Positions 10,476 through 20,564 are shown, counted from the stretch's first letter. The stretch: 64,000 nucleotides of DNA from Nitrosopumilus sp. (GCA_965207075.1 CBDBLO010000002.1:128001-192000); one strand, 5' to 3'. A program made the numbers and translations. Notes: generated by a model from the sequence alone, not told the origin.

Positions 10476-11891
10476 TCAGCCTGCCCTTCCAAGCCCGAAC
10501 ATGTCGTGCAGGGCCCGCACGGCGCCGTCCGCGTCCTCGTTGCGCACCACAAATGCAAGATTCAGCTCAGACGACCCCTGGGTTATCATGGCCACGTTGA
10601 TCCCGGCGGTACCCATCGACTCGAAGACCTTGGAGGCCACGCCGACAGTGCCGCGCATCCCGGACCCGATGAGCGCCACGATCGACATGTTGGTGGTGAC
10701 CTCCAGCCTCTTGATTATCTTGCCCAGCAGTTTCAGCTCCAGCGAGCTTACGGCCCTGTCCAGATCCGAGTCCCGGACCACTATGGTAATGCTCGACTCC
10801 GACGGGTTCTGCGATATCATCATCACGTTGATTTCGGCCTCCGCCAGCGTGGCAAATATCCGGGCCGCCGTGCCGGGCGTCCCCACCATGCTCCCCCCCT
10901 GTATGTCCACCAGGCCGCTGTCCCTGATGCGGCTTACGCACTTTACGGTGTTCCTGACCGTGGGCGGCGGCGAGGCGGTGACCAGCGTGCCGGGATCCCC
11001 GGTGTTCCTTGAGCTGCGTATGCGCATCGGAATCTCCCGCGCCAGGACGGGCTCAAACGTGCGCGGGTGTATCTGCTTTGCCTCAAAGAGCGCCATCTCG
11101 ACTGCCTCCACGTACGAGACGTGCCTGAGGGTCCTCGCATCGCGCACGAGGCTCGGATCGGCGGTCAGGAGGCCGTCCACCTCCCCCATGAGCCAGATCT
11201 CGTCGGCCCCTATGCACGAGCCTATTATGGTGGCCGTATAGTCGGAGCCGCCCCTGCCAAGCGTCGTGAACCGGCCGTGCTGGTCGGCGCCCACAAAGCC
11301 GCCCACCACAGGAACCACGCCGTCGGACATGGCGGCGCCGAGGATCTTTGCAACCCGCAGGCGGGTGGTGTCCATCAGCGGCCTCGCCTGGCCGAACTCG
11401 GAGTCGGTCACGATACCGGCCTCCTTGCCGGTAAGCGGTACTGCGCGCACCCCGCGGCGGTCTGATATGGCCCCCGCAACCAGCTTGACTGACAGCCTCT
11501 CCCCGAACGACAGCATGTAGTCCATCATGCCCGGCGTCACCTCGCCGAGCAGCACCATGCCGTCTATGAGCGCCATCAGCTCCGCAGAGTCCGAGTCGAT
11601 GGCGGCAAGCATCCTCTTCTGGACCGATGCCTTTTCCGCCACCCGGACTGCCAGGCGCCTGTGCCTCCTGATCATGCCGGAGGCCAGGCGCTCTGCCGGC
11701 CTCTTGTCGCCCCTCTTGATCGAGTCTGCGATGCTCAGCAGGGTGTCCGTGGTGCCGCCCGTCGCGGAGCACACCACGACAAGCCGGCTGCTCCTCGAGA
11801 GTCCGGCGACGTATGCGGCCATGTTGCGGATGTCCTTTGCAGACGTGATTGACGCCCCGTCGTACTTGAGGACGAGCAGCTGCTCCCGCAT
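10476..11891 (-). CDS. lysC: Aspartate kinase with ACT domains (several ATP-site deviations)
   Basis: SFGERLS, TTLGRGGSDYTA, TADP, two ACT repeats; ATG 11891 (MREQLLVLKY). Confidence 0.88.
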   Translation of the reverse strand: MREQLLVLKYDGASITSAKDIRNMAAYVAGLSRSSRLVVVCSATGGTTDTLLSIADSIKRGDKRPAERLASGMIRRHRRLAVRVAEKASVQKRMLAAIDSDSAELMALIDGMVLLGEVTPGMMDYMLSFGERLSVKLVAGAISDRRGVRAVPLTGKEAGIVTDSEFGQARPLMDTTRLRVAKILGAAMSDGVVPVVGGFVGADQHGRFTTLGRGGSDYTATIIGSCIGADEIWLMGEVDGLLTADPSLVRDARTLRHVSYVEAVEMALFEAKQIHPRTFEPVLAREIPMRIRSSRNTGDPGTLVTASPPPTVRNTVKCVSRIRDSGLVDIQGGSMVGTPGTAARIFATLAEAEINVMMISQNPSESSITIVVRDSDLDRAVSSLELKLLGKIIKRLEVTTNMSIVALIGSGMRGTVGVASKVFESMGTAGINVAMITQGSSELNLAFVVRNEDADGAVRALHDMFGLGRAG

Positions 11892-11923
11892 GTCACACCG
11901 GCCGGTTGCAGCCTTAAAATGCT

Positions 11924-12709
11924 TTAACCCTCGACCCGCGGGGCCAGGTAAAAGTGGATCCTGCCTATGTTCGCAATCTTGCACTCGAGCCTGAGCGGCT
12001 TTGCAGACGAGAACTCGCACGTCACGCGGGACGTGGCTCCCCCGACGGCCTTTATGACCGGATTGAGGTACTCCAGCGAGTAGGTTCCGGTGCTCTCCGT
12101 CTTGGTCTCCACCTCCTCGATTATGTTATCCGAGGAGTTTGCGTCGTCGCTTCCGGAGTCGCGCGAGCCGGACACCCCAAGCTCTATCGCGACCTCGCCT
12201 GAGTCGCCCTTGCCGGAAAACTCCACTATGTTGCCCGCGACGCGGATCGTCAGGTACTCGGAGACCACCTGCACGTCGCCGAGCACCTTGTCAAACTTTG
12301 TGGTGGGGACCACGATCTTGGTGTCGTACGGTATCTTGGGGAGCGGCGTGTCGGTGGCAGAGCTCTCTATCAGCCGTATCCTGTACTTTTTGTTGCGGCC
12401 GACCGTAACGAGCAGCTTGTTGTCATCGGAGATGCTTATGTCGATGCTGTCCTTCTTGTCGGCCCTCTTTATTATCTTGGAGAACTCGTCGATGCGGACG
12501 CCGAACTTTATGTCGCTGTCGCACTCGTACTTTTCAAAGGCCGAGTTGGGCCACGAGATGTCTATCAGCGCCACGTGGGACGGATCCATGCCCCGGAACG
12601 TGATTCCCTCGGCCGTGGCGTCAAAGGTGGCCTCCTCGACCAGCGTGGATATCGCGGATATGATGGTCTTGAGGTCGTCTGAGCCGCTTGTCTTTGCAGT
12701 AAAAGTCAA
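11924..12709 (-). CDS. pcn: DNA polymerase sliding clamp PCNA
   Basis: GMDPSHVALI, YSLEYL, FYLAPRVE. Confidence 0.97.
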   Translation of the reverse strand: MTFTAKTSGSDDLKTIISAISTLVEEATFDATAEGITFRGMDPSHVALIDISWPNSAFEKYECDSDIKFGVRIDEFSKIIKRADKKDSIDISISDDNKLLVTVGRNKKYRIRLIESSATDTPLPKIPYDTKIVVPTTKFDKVLGDVQVVSEYLTIRVAGNIVEFSGKGDSGEVAIELGVSGSRDSGSDDANSSDNIIEEVETKTESTGTYSLEYLNPVIKAVGGATSRVTCEFSSAKPLRLECKIANIGRIHFYLAPRVEG

Positions 12710-12829
12710 GGTGACTTGGGCGCCGCAACCCCTTGTTAAAAATCATGCTGCTGGAGCTCGGCGGCGGTGGCAGGGGCGGCAGGGCGCGGGGGATTGCCCG
12801 GGCGGGCGCCCCCGCATCGCGCGGCGCGG

Positions 12830-13171
12830 TCACGAATAGTCGCGCCAGGTGTACTGGCATTTCGTGCAGCGGTAGAACTGCGTGGTGGGCTCGTCGGCGC
12901 TCCGGGTCTGCAGCATCCACCATACGGCCTCGTCGTTTCCGCACTTTTCGCACTCTATCTTGATCGTGGGGCGCGACTCGTCCTCGTCTGAATCATCAAA
13001 GACGTTCAGGCCGCTGACGCCTTGGGCGCCGTCGCCATTGTCTGCGGCAGCGGAGGCGGAGGCCGGATTCACTGGTTCCCCGCCCTGCGCGTTGGTATGC
13101 CCGCATTTCGGGCAGATCAGGCCGTCCGCGCCGCGCCTCATCTTCACCTCGCATGTGGGGCAGAACTTCAA
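12830..13171 (-). CDS. tfs: Transcription factor S (TFS/RpoM-like)
   Basis: Two Zn ribbons; QTRSADEPTTQFYRC. Confidence 0.95.
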   Translation of the reverse strand: MKFCPTCEVKMRRGADGLICPKCGHTNAQGGEPVNPASASAAADNGDGAQGVSGLNVFDDSDEDESRPTIKIECEKCGNDEAVWWMLQTRSADEPTTQFYRCTKCQYTWRDYS

Positions 13172-13172
13172 C

Positions 13173-13451
13173 TCATTCGACCTTGACTGTGGAATAAAAG
13201 AGATCCTTGAGGCCCGAGGCCGTCTTTATCGCGGACTCGGCCGCCTTTTGGATCTCGGCCAGCGGCGCCGAGGACGAGCCGACCTTCATCCAGCACTCGT
13301 TCGTGAGCGGATGCTTTACTATGACGCCTGCAAAGCTGGTTCCGGCCGCCTTGAGAAGCTCGTGCTGTATTATGTACAGGATTCCGATATCGGCCTCCGC
13401 GATTGACAGGTTGACCTCCTTGGGCTCCGAGCTTACCACATTGGCCTTCAT
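13173..13451 (-). CDS. rpoL: DNA-directed RNA polymerase subunit L (Rpo11)
   Basis: FAGVIVKHPL motif, size, position directly upstream of tfs and pcn. Confidence 0.85.
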   Translation of the reverse strand: MKANVVSSEPKEVNLSIAEADIGILYIIQHELLKAAGTSFAGVIVKHPLTNECWMKVGSSSAPLAEIQKAAESAIKTASGLKDLFYSTVKVE

Positions 13452-13511
13452 GTGAATGCGCCGCCCCAGTTGCGGATATAAATCAATCCTGCCGCAAAAG
13501 GAGGCTAAAGG

Positions 13512-14807
13512 TCAGCGGCAGATCGTGGCAGACGTATCCGCCACAGGGCGCCAGCCGTATCCGTCGGACTTTGGGTATACCTCATACTGGGTGTACGTGA
13601 GCGGAAAGTCCATGTCCCCGTCCGCGCCGAGCCTGTACTCGCCGAGCGCCCCGTCGCCGACGCTCCTGTCTGAGTGGTGGTGTTCGTGGGTGTCCAGCCC
13701 GGCCGCGACGTCGAGTATGAGTGACCTGACCGTGGACGTGGAGTTTATCGCAAGCTCCTCATCGTTTACGATTACGGTGTCTGCGAGCAGAAAGACCGCG
13801 TCATATGTGTTGTACCCATACGTGGAGTCATCCGTAAATGACTGGATTGGAATCGCGCGGTTTGTGGGATTCGGAACGGCCTCAAACTGTGATGCCACAT
13901 AGCCTACGGATTCCAGAAATTGAGCCACGACGGCGTTGCCTGCAATGGCGCTGCTCTGGGACGTTCCGTCCGCCCCGTACCACTTTACAGCACCAAGCGT
14001 GTCGGACAGTTCCGCGTTGGATGCAATGTGCTCGACTAGGGCGATCGTATCGCCGACAAACGACATCTGCACGACTGCAACCGCGTCTGCCCCGTGCGCG
14101 GAGACAAGTTCGTCGACCTCTGCCGCAGCCTGCGCTGCCACGGCAGGTGCGTTGGTGCCATCTTCATCCATCCGGATGGTGAGCGCCACGTTGCCTGCAT
14201 ATTCTTGGGCTATGGCGTCGCGGATCCCCTCACCCCATATGTCATTCCGGTATATGAGAACTATGTACCCCTTGCCGTCGTCTATGAGGCTCTCTGAGAT
14301 GACGACGGACTGTGCAGAGTCGTCTGGAACGAGCCTAAAGAGGCTGTCGTCTTCAATGGCAAGCTGTACGGCGGTGGAGGCCGGCGAGAGCAGGACGACG
14401 TCGTTGGTGGTGTCGGTATACGCCTTGGCCCTGTCAGCCGTCGAGCTGCACATTGGTCCGATGAAATACCGGAACCCCTCAGACTCCAGCTGCTTTATCG
14501 TGTCTACGACTACCTTGTTTGGGTCGCACGGATCTCCGTCGGTCAGGTCGATCACCCTGCTTGTGATGTAATAGTTTGATGTCGTAATGTCCGACTGCTC
14601 GCGGTTGTATGCCTCTACCGCATAATTGAACGCATCCTTGTGCCCAAAGTCGCTCAAGAGCGCAATCTTGATCTCGCCGTCGACGGTCTGGGCAGAGGTG
14701 TCGTGCACGAACAGGCCGTCCTCGGCCGTCACACCGCCAATGGAAAGAGCCGCCGCAACCGCAACAACTGCGCACAGCGCGGGTGTTGGGATCCCTAGAA
14801 GCTTCAC
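13512..14807 (-). CDS. Type-1 periplasmic-binding-fold (LivJ-like) solute-binding protein, orphan
   Basis: Signal peptide; FIGPMCSS, LSPASTAVQLAI.DDSLFRLVPDD, YRNDIWGEG, YDAVFLLA. Confidence 0.88.
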   Translation of the reverse strand: MKLLGIPTPALCAVVAVAAALSIGGVTAEDGLFVHDTSAQTVDGEIKIALLSDFGHKDAFNYAVEAYNREQSDITTSNYYITSRVIDLTDGDPCDPNKVVVDTIKQLESEGFRYFIGPMCSSTADRAKAYTDTTNDVVLLSPASTAVQLAIEDDSLFRLVPDDSAQSVVISESLIDDGKGYIVLIYRNDIWGEGIRDAIAQEYAGNVALTIRMDEDGTNAPAVAAQAAAEVDELVSAHGADAVAVVQMSFVGDTIALVEHIASNAELSDTLGAVKWYGADGTSQSSAIAGNAVVAQFLESVGYVASQFEAVPNPTNRAIPIQSFTDDSTYGYNTYDAVFLLADTVIVNDEELAINSTSTVRSLILDVAAGLDTHEHHHSDRSVGDGALGEYRLGADGDMDFPLTYTQYEVYPKSDGYGWRPVADTSATICR

Positions 14808-14852
14808 TTTACACTATTCCAATGTGGAGTATATAAGTTCACGCTGCCGCCG

Positions 14853-16103
14853 GGCGCTGTCCAACTTTTCACCGCCAAAGTCACGAAAAGCTTAAAGATC
14901 ATGACGCGCCCCGGTGGCAAAGCTTATTGATCATATTGTAATCGCCATGTCAATGGCTTCCAAAAGAAGCAAGAAGGACGACAAGAAAAGACAGGATGCC
15001 CATGTGCGGGCATACAAGGCGGAACGGCGAAGGCAGAAGATCAAGGAGTGCCGCGACTACAAGACGTATGAGAGAAAGCGAAGGGGCGAGGGCAGGGTGA
15101 AGAGGATCAGGATCAAGCAGCTAGCTAAACTGATCCGCGACACCCTGCCAGACGCCACAGATACGAACGTTTCCAGGATCGTGTGCGTCGTAGACATGAC
15201 ATACCGCGGCCACTCGTACCGCAGACACGTCGAGTACCTGGATGAGCATTCAGGCTCCGTAAGCATGTACGGGCTAAAAAGAGTTCCCTCGAAATCCGGC
15301 CTCCACGGCTGGGCAGGGGAGCTTGCAGGCGACATGGAGTTCGTGCTGGGGCTCCTCGCCAGACAGGCCGGGGACGACGCGCGCGGCACCCTGCTGGGCG
15401 ACTCGTCGGGGTTCTCCATAGTGAAATACGAGGACTGGGAGGACGCCAAGCGCGGGATCATATCCCGGCGCGAGTTCGACAAGCTCCACATACTGGTCGC
15501 GCCGCACGGCAGGATCGCGACGTGCGCGGTAACCGCGGGACGGCGGCACGACTCGCCGGTGTTCCGGGAGATGTACGGGCGCATACCGCAGGGAAGCGGC
15601 CGCACCATACTGGACGCCGCGTACCTGTGCAAGGCAAACTGCAGGATGATCGCGCGCAGCGGGCGCAGTCCGGTCATATGCCCAAAGGGGAACTCCCGGG
15701 CAAGGGGGCTGCATCCGATGGGCCAGATGCTGAAGTGGTACGAGAGCGACCGTGACGGGTTTGACAGGGCATACCACCAGCGGAGCCTGGTCGAGACCGC
15801 GTTCTCCGTCATCAAGGAGAGGTTTGGCGCCGTCGCGCGCGCAAAGACGTTCCGCATGAGGCAGCTGCAGCTCGCGCTAAAGTGCGTCTGCTACAATCTC
15901 GTCGCCTGATTCCGCATCCGCCCGCAGGGGGGCAGTGCACCCCCCCAGCGTACGCTGCAGACTGATGCGCCACACGCAACCAAAAACCGGAGACTTGCCG
16001 CCGGACATGCCACAATTGCGGCAGAAACGGACCCGCCCATCGCCTAAAGCCCGCTTAATTGTCCATAAAATTGGGGCGCGGCTTACAAGAGTTGGACAGC
16101 GCC
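14853..16103 (+). mobile_element. IS5-family element (IS903-like ends), 1251 bp
   Basis: Perfect 14-bp TIRs GGCGCTGTCCAACT (14853-14866) / AGTTGGACAGCGCC (16090-16103); 9-bp TSD CTGCCGCCG (14844-14852, 16104-16112). Confidence 0.93.
14914..15909 (+). CDS. IS5-family DDE transposase
   Basis: GDSSG, KLHI, HDS, LDAAY, YHQRSLVETAFSVIK; true start may be the ATG at 14947. Confidence 0.93.
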   Translation: MAKLIDHIVIAMSMASKRSKKDDKKRQDAHVRAYKAERRRQKIKECRDYKTYERKRRGEGRVKRIRIKQLAKLIRDTLPDATDTNVSRIVCVVDMTYRGHSYRRHVEYLDEHSGSVSMYGLKRVPSKSGLHGWAGELAGDMEFVLGLLARQAGDDARGTLLGDSSGFSIVKYEDWEDAKRGIISRREFDKLHILVAPHGRIATCAVTAGRRHDSPVFREMYGRIPQGSGRTILDAAYLCKANCRMIARSGRSPVICPKGNSRARGLHPMGQMLKWYESDRDGFDRAYHQRSLVETAFSVIKERFGAVARAKTFRMRQLQLALKCVCYNLVA

Positions 16104-16461
16104 CTGCCGCCGGGGCCGAACACATGGCAACGTCCACCACCACCACCACCCCCACGAACCGGCCTGTTTGGGTCGATCTTATCGGATGCTAGGATTCCAG
16201 AATTCGTGCGTGTTGCGCGAGGGAGGGGACGAACGGTTGCCGGACTCGTCTCCCGCCCGCAAAGTCTGAGGATGCGGGATGGCAGACACGAACTTTCAGG
16301 GGGCTTGGGTCCCTGCGGCGCCAAAGGTCATCCCCCTCCTCCACGCACGCCCCGCCGTACTGACCAAGTGATCCTTGCTCAAACGCCAACTATTCCCTAG
16401 CACGGGTGCCATGCGCGCCCGCAACGCACACATAAAGCAGGGACGCGCCCACCGCAGTCGG

Positions 16462-17007
16462 ATGGCAGAAAGCAGGTTCTCGGAGGTAACGCTGACGTCG
16501 CCCAAGGCCGAATACTCCCCCGGCGAGAACGTCGAGATAACGGCAGAGTTCTCCATACAGGGAGGGATCAGGAACGCCTTCAACGAGGACGACTGGACCA
16601 AGGCCTACGAGGCAAACGACGTCTCATTCAAGCTCAAGTACGGCGCAAGGCTGGTCACGGCAGGCGGCTTTAGAAAGAAGGCGGTGGGAAGGCCCGTCGA
16701 CACCTACCGCAAGGCATCCATATTCTGGACCAGAAACCCAAAGCTGGTCAACCCCATGAAGGACAAGCGCATATGGGTCCAAGTGGCAAAGAACTTCGAG
16801 CCGTACATCAGGCTGTCGGAGGATGAGGTCCGGGGCGAGCTGTTCGACTTTGCAGAGACGTTCGTCATAAAGCCGTCGGAGCTGGGAGGCGGGGGCACTC
16901 ACAGGATAGGCGCCGAGGTGTACGCGTCGTGGCAAAAGCACCAGTATGCCGAGGCAGGCAGCATAAAGAACGACTCGGACGGAATCGAGATTACGATTCT
17001 CAATTAG
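16462..17007 (+). CDS. Conserved-type hypothetical protein
   Basis: ATG 16462; coding-like codon usage; YRKASIFWTRNP motif. Confidence 0.75.
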   Translation: MAESRFSEVTLTSPKAEYSPGENVEITAEFSIQGGIRNAFNEDDWTKAYEANDVSFKLKYGARLVTAGGFRKKAVGRPVDTYRKASIFWTRNPKLVNPMKDKRIWVQVAKNFEPYIRLSEDEVRGELFDFAETFVIKPSELGGGGTHRIGAEVYASWQKHQYAEAGSIKNDSDGIEITILN

Positions 17008-17038
17008 GGATATAAGGAACTCTGCAGGAGCGTGACGC

Positions 17039-17191
17039 ATGGCAAAGTACGACGGACTGCTGGGACAGCCCGTGCTAGAGGTCGAAGAGCCCGACAAGGA
17101 GGGCGGAATCACGTTCATCTTCAAGGACAACAGGTTCCTCTTCATAAAGGCAAGGGACGGCAAGATAGACACGATCTCGATACCGGAGTGA
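17039..17191 (+). CDS. 50-aa small protein (absent from ORF track)
   Basis: MAKYDGLLGQPVLEVEEPDKEGGITFIFKDNRFLFIKARDGKIDTISIPE; GATATAAG box at about 17009-17016. Confidence 0.75.
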   Translation: MAKYDGLLGQPVLEVEEPDKEGGITFIFKDNRFLFIKARDGKIDTISIPE

Positions 17192-17206
17192 CGCGGAGGC
17201 CGTACA

Positions 17207-17371
17207 ATGGAAAAGTTTGATCCGATAAAGATGCAGGAGCTGGTAAAGGTCATCGACCCGGAGGACGGTGGCGGTGGCGGCAGGCTGACACTTGTCTTTC
17301 AGAACGGCAAGACGCTCTACATCAGCATAGCAGGCGACGGCGGGCTCGTGGCAGAGTTTGCAGAGGACTGA
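17207..17371 (+). CDS. 54-aa small protein, paralog of the preceding gene (absent from ORF track)
   Basis: MEKFDPIKMQELVKVIDPEDGGGGGRLTLVFQNGKTLYISIAGDGGLVAEFAED. Confidence 0.72.
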   Translation: MEKFDPIKMQELVKVIDPEDGGGGGRLTLVFQNGKTLYISIAGDGGLVAEFAED

Positions 17372-17422
17372 GCGGCCGCGCCGGGCGGCAGCCAGATCTG
17401 GCATGATCGCATCAGTGGTTGG

Positions 17423-17956
17423 TCACGGTTGCTCCCCGTCGTCACGCCCGTCGGGGCCTGCATGCTGCCTTGCAAAAAAGGCCACCGCGGTCTCCTGTTC
17501 TGCCGACTGGATGGAGCCCGGCCTCTTCTCCCTGATCTCGCGTATGGCCTGCTCGGCGGTACGCCCCCCGTATTTAATCAGATAACAGGCAAGGACGGTC
17601 CCCGCCCTGCCCAGCCCTGCCGCGCAGTGCACCATTACGGGGCGGCCCTCCCTAATCTGCGCGTCGATAAAGTCGGCCGCGTCGTTCAGGCGCCCATGAT
17701 CCGGGGCCGTAAGGTCCGGGGTTGGAACGTGCAGGTACCTCGCGCCCGAGGACGCTATCCATTGCGGAGGCAGCGGGTCCTCAGTCATTGTAACTATGCA
17801 CTTTATGCCCTGTGAGCCTACCGCCCAGTCAAGCTCGTCCCGGCTTGTGGGCCTGCCCGAGCCTGCAAGCCTGCCGTCGACCACCCATGAAAAGTTGGTC
17901 GGTCTTTTCGTAATGCGTCCGTGGACCTTTCTCCACATGTTTCCCGGCCTGCTCAT
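17423..17956 (-). CDS. Dual-specificity protein phosphatase
   Basis: VHCAAGLGRAG (CX5R), PDLTAP acid loop, RPGSIQ. Confidence 0.93.
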   Translation of the reverse strand: MSRPGNMWRKVHGRITKRPTNFSWVVDGRLAGSGRPTSRDELDWAVGSQGIKCIVTMTEDPLPPQWIASSGARYLHVPTPDLTAPDHGRLNDAADFIDAQIREGRPVMVHCAAGLGRAGTVLACYLIKYGGRTAEQAIREIREKRPGSIQSAEQETAVAFFARQHAGPDGRDDGEQP

Positions 17957-18050
17957 CGCGCGTACGGCAGGGGACGGCTCATTTTTATCTTGCCGGCCCT
18001 GCTGCTGCTGCTACTGCTGCGGTGCACGCGCCCCGTCCCCCCGCCGCGCA

Positions 18051-18755
18051 TCATCTGCTGAGCGCCAGGGCCCTGACCGGGGAGCCGCTTGCGCCCCTCA
18101 GTTTTAGCGGAAGTATGACAAAGTCAAACTCGCTTGAACGTATCTTCCCAAGGTTTGCCAGGTTCTCCACTATTACGGCCCCGGCCTCTGCCAGTACGCG
18201 GTGGGCCGGGAATCCGGGGTCGCCCCCCACGTCTATGCTGGGCGAGTCTATCCCCACCAGTCCCACCCCCTTTGATGCCAGGTATCTTGCGGCCGACCGG
18301 TCAATTCCGGGGTTTGCCAGAAAATAGTCCTTGGAGCCGAGGTGCCCCTCCTGCCAGCCGGTATAGAATATCACCGGCGTGCCGGGCCGTATTGCGCGGC
18401 CGTCCCTTGACTCCTCAAACTCCCTGATGTCGTCTTTGGTGATGGCGCGGCGGTCGCGGCGCCGGCGCTGCGCGGCGGTCGCGGCGCCGGCAGTCCTGAT
18501 CAGAACGGCCCTCCCGACAAGCCTCTCGGGCTTGATCTGGTCGACCCTGAGCCCGTCCCTTGCAAAGTGGTACGGGGCGTCAAGGTGCGTCCCGGAATGA
18601 GTGCTGGCAAGGAGCAGCTCTAGGTTGTATCCATCCTCGTCAAGGGTGGACCATCCTATGAACTGCGGCCTGGGCGAGCCCGGAAACGTCGGGAGCGTCT
18701 TTGATATGGCGAGGGTAAGGTCAAGCGGCTTCAGTGGCCTCCCCGGTGCCTGCAT
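18051..18755 (-). CDS. Cyclase-family metal hydrolase (kynurenine formamidase-like)
   Basis: HSGTHLDAPYH, VGIDSPSID, IVENL, GASGSPVRA. Confidence 0.93.
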   Translation of the reverse strand: MQAPGRPLKPLDLTLAISKTLPTFPGSPRPQFIGWSTLDEDGYNLELLLASTHSGTHLDAPYHFARDGLRVDQIKPERLVGRAVLIRTAGAATAAQRRRRDRRAITKDDIREFEESRDGRAIRPGTPVIFYTGWQEGHLGSKDYFLANPGIDRSAARYLASKGVGLVGIDSPSIDVGGDPGFPAHRVLAEAGAVIVENLANLGKIRSSEFDFVILPLKLRGASGSPVRALALSR

Positions 18756-18965
18756 GTGGCAATGGCCGCGGCCATGGTAAATATGTCATATGCCGGCCGG
18801 TGCGGCATGCGGTGGGGGGGGGAGGCGGGGTGGCGGCAGGGAGGAGCGCATGAGCCCGTCCTTTCTCTTGCGTCAGCCGGCCGGCCCCCTCGTACACGCT
18901 TGCCGCGCCGACAGCATGCGGGGGCATCCATGAAAGGTTAAATACACTTTGGACGGAGTCCAAGC

Positions 18966-19220
18966 GTGCCGACTGCGTACGTCCTGCTCAATTCTGATCT
19001 GGGATCCGACGAGTCCATAATCGACGAGGTAAAGCAGATACTGGAGTCGGAGAACGCCAAGTTCGAGATACAGGGGGTGTATGGAGTGTACGACATAGTC
19101 CTCAAGCTGACGGCCGACGATCCGGAAGAGCTGCGCGGAATAATAACGGACAGGATCAGGAAGATAGGCAAGGTCCAGTCCACCCTGACCATGATGGTAA
19201 TAGAGGGGCAGGGACAGTAG
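18966..19220 (+). CDS. Stand-alone Lrp/AsnC ligand-binding (RAM) domain protein
   Basis: AYVLLN, GVYGVYDIV, IRKIGKVQSTLT; GTTAAATAC box at 18938-18946. Confidence 0.9.
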   Translation: MPTAYVLLNSDLGSDESIIDEVKQILESENAKFEIQGVYGVYDIVLKLTADDPEELRGIITDRIRKIGKVQSTLTMMVIEGQGQ

Positions 19221-19233
19221 CAGCATGCAGGGC

Positions 19234-20535
19234 CTACAGCCTCTTTAGCGCATCGAGCAGCGCGTGCATATCGCCCTCGGTATTGAAAAAATGGGGCGAC
19301 GCCCGCACGTGCTCGAGGCTTCCCTGTGAGCGGACGGCGAGTATTATCCCCCGCCGCGCCAGTCTCTCAACCACCTGTCCCGGGCTCGTGCCGCCGATGT
19401 TAAATGATATGATGCTGGTGCGCCTTGCGGGATCGTCTGGCACATACACGGCGACGCCGGGCATCCGGCTTAGCTCGTCATACAGCAGGCCCGCTAGGTT
19501 CCGGTTTATCGCGCGTATGCGGCCGAGGCCGACACCCGTCACATACTCCAGGGAGGCCTCCAGCCCGGCCACCCCGGCATAGTTTCTAAAGCCGGCCTGG
19601 AACCTGTCTGGCGCGTCCTTGAGGGCAAGGCGCCGGGGCGCCGTGTCATTGCTGCTGCCGCTGTCGTTGCTGTTGCTGCTGCCGCTGCTGTCGCGGCCAT
19701 TGCCGCCTTCACCACTGCTGCAGCAAGCATCATGACCATCCAGTGTGGCAGACTCCCCCCCTATCATTATGGGATCCAAGGTGCGGCCTGCCTCCCGGCT
19801 GCAGTAAAACAGTCCGGTGCCCATGGGGCCGCACAGCCATTTTGAGCCGTTAAACGACATATAGTCGCAGCCTATGCGGGAGACGTCGCAGTCTGCAGGG
19901 TCTATGCAGCCGACGGTCTGCGCCGCGTCAAGAAAGAATCTGCAGCCGTCCGCGCGCTCCCTTATGACGCCGCCCGCCTCCTCTACCGGCAGGATGGCGC
20001 CTGTGTTGTACAGGGCGTGGCTCAAGACGACCAGTCCGGCGTGCCCGTCAAGAAGGGACGCGAGCTGGCCCATCTCAAAGAGCCCGTCTCGGTCTATCCC
20101 GAGGCTCCTGATTCGGACGCCTCTCTCGGCCAGCCGGAGCCACGGATACAGGTTGGCATGGTGTTCGTGCTCCATGCCCCGAATTATCACCCCGGCCGCG
20201 TCGGCGCCTAGTCCGAGCCCGCTGGCCACCATGTTTACCCCGTCCGTGGTACTCTGGGTCAGCACGACCTCGTCCGGGCTGCACGAGATTATCTTTGAAA
20301 TCATGCTCCTGACGTTTTGGATCTTTTTTGTTACGAGCTCTTTGGATACGGCAGAGTCCGGTCCCGCCGAATTGTACTCTATCAGAAAGTCCCTCATGGC
20401 GTCTATGCTCGGCTCTGGCATCACGGAGACGGACGCGCTGTTCAGGTAGATTCTGTCTCCCGTGTATGCAAAGTCGTCTGCAAAATCACTCTTGGCCCCT
20501 CCGGCGGGGCGGGCAGTGGAATCATCCAAGCTCAT
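19234..20535 (-). CDS. Class V PLP-dependent enzyme (SufS/C-S lyase-like; lacks the SufS catalytic Cys)
   Basis: YLNSAS, EHHAN, LDAAQTVG, NGSKWLCGPMGTG, VRASPHFFN; LAVRSQGS in place of RxGxHCA. Confidence 0.88.
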   Translation of the reverse strand: MSLDDSTARPAGGAKSDFADDFAYTGDRIYLNSASVSVMPEPSIDAMRDFLIEYNSAGPDSAVSKELVTKKIQNVRSMISKIISCSPDEVVLTQSTTDGVNMVASGLGLGADAAGVIIRGMEHEHHANLYPWLRLAERGVRIRSLGIDRDGLFEMGQLASLLDGHAGLVVLSHALYNTGAILPVEEAGGVIRERADGCRFFLDAAQTVGCIDPADCDVSRIGCDYMSFNGSKWLCGPMGTGLFYCSREAGRTLDPIMIGGESATLDGHDACCSSGEGGNGRDSSGSSNSNDSGSSNDTAPRRLALKDAPDRFQAGFRNYAGVAGLEASLEYVTGVGLGRIRAINRNLAGLLYDELSRMPGVAVYVPDDPARRTSIISFNIGGTSPGQVVERLARRGIILAVRSQGSLEHVRASPHFFNTEGDMHALLDALKRL

Positions 20536-20564
20536 TATTATGTCTCAAGCAGCTACCACACGTG

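Noticed and set aside
16263-16300. Hammerhead ribozyme (CUGAGGA core)
   Set aside because: No stem II followed by GAAA, and no stem III/UH site
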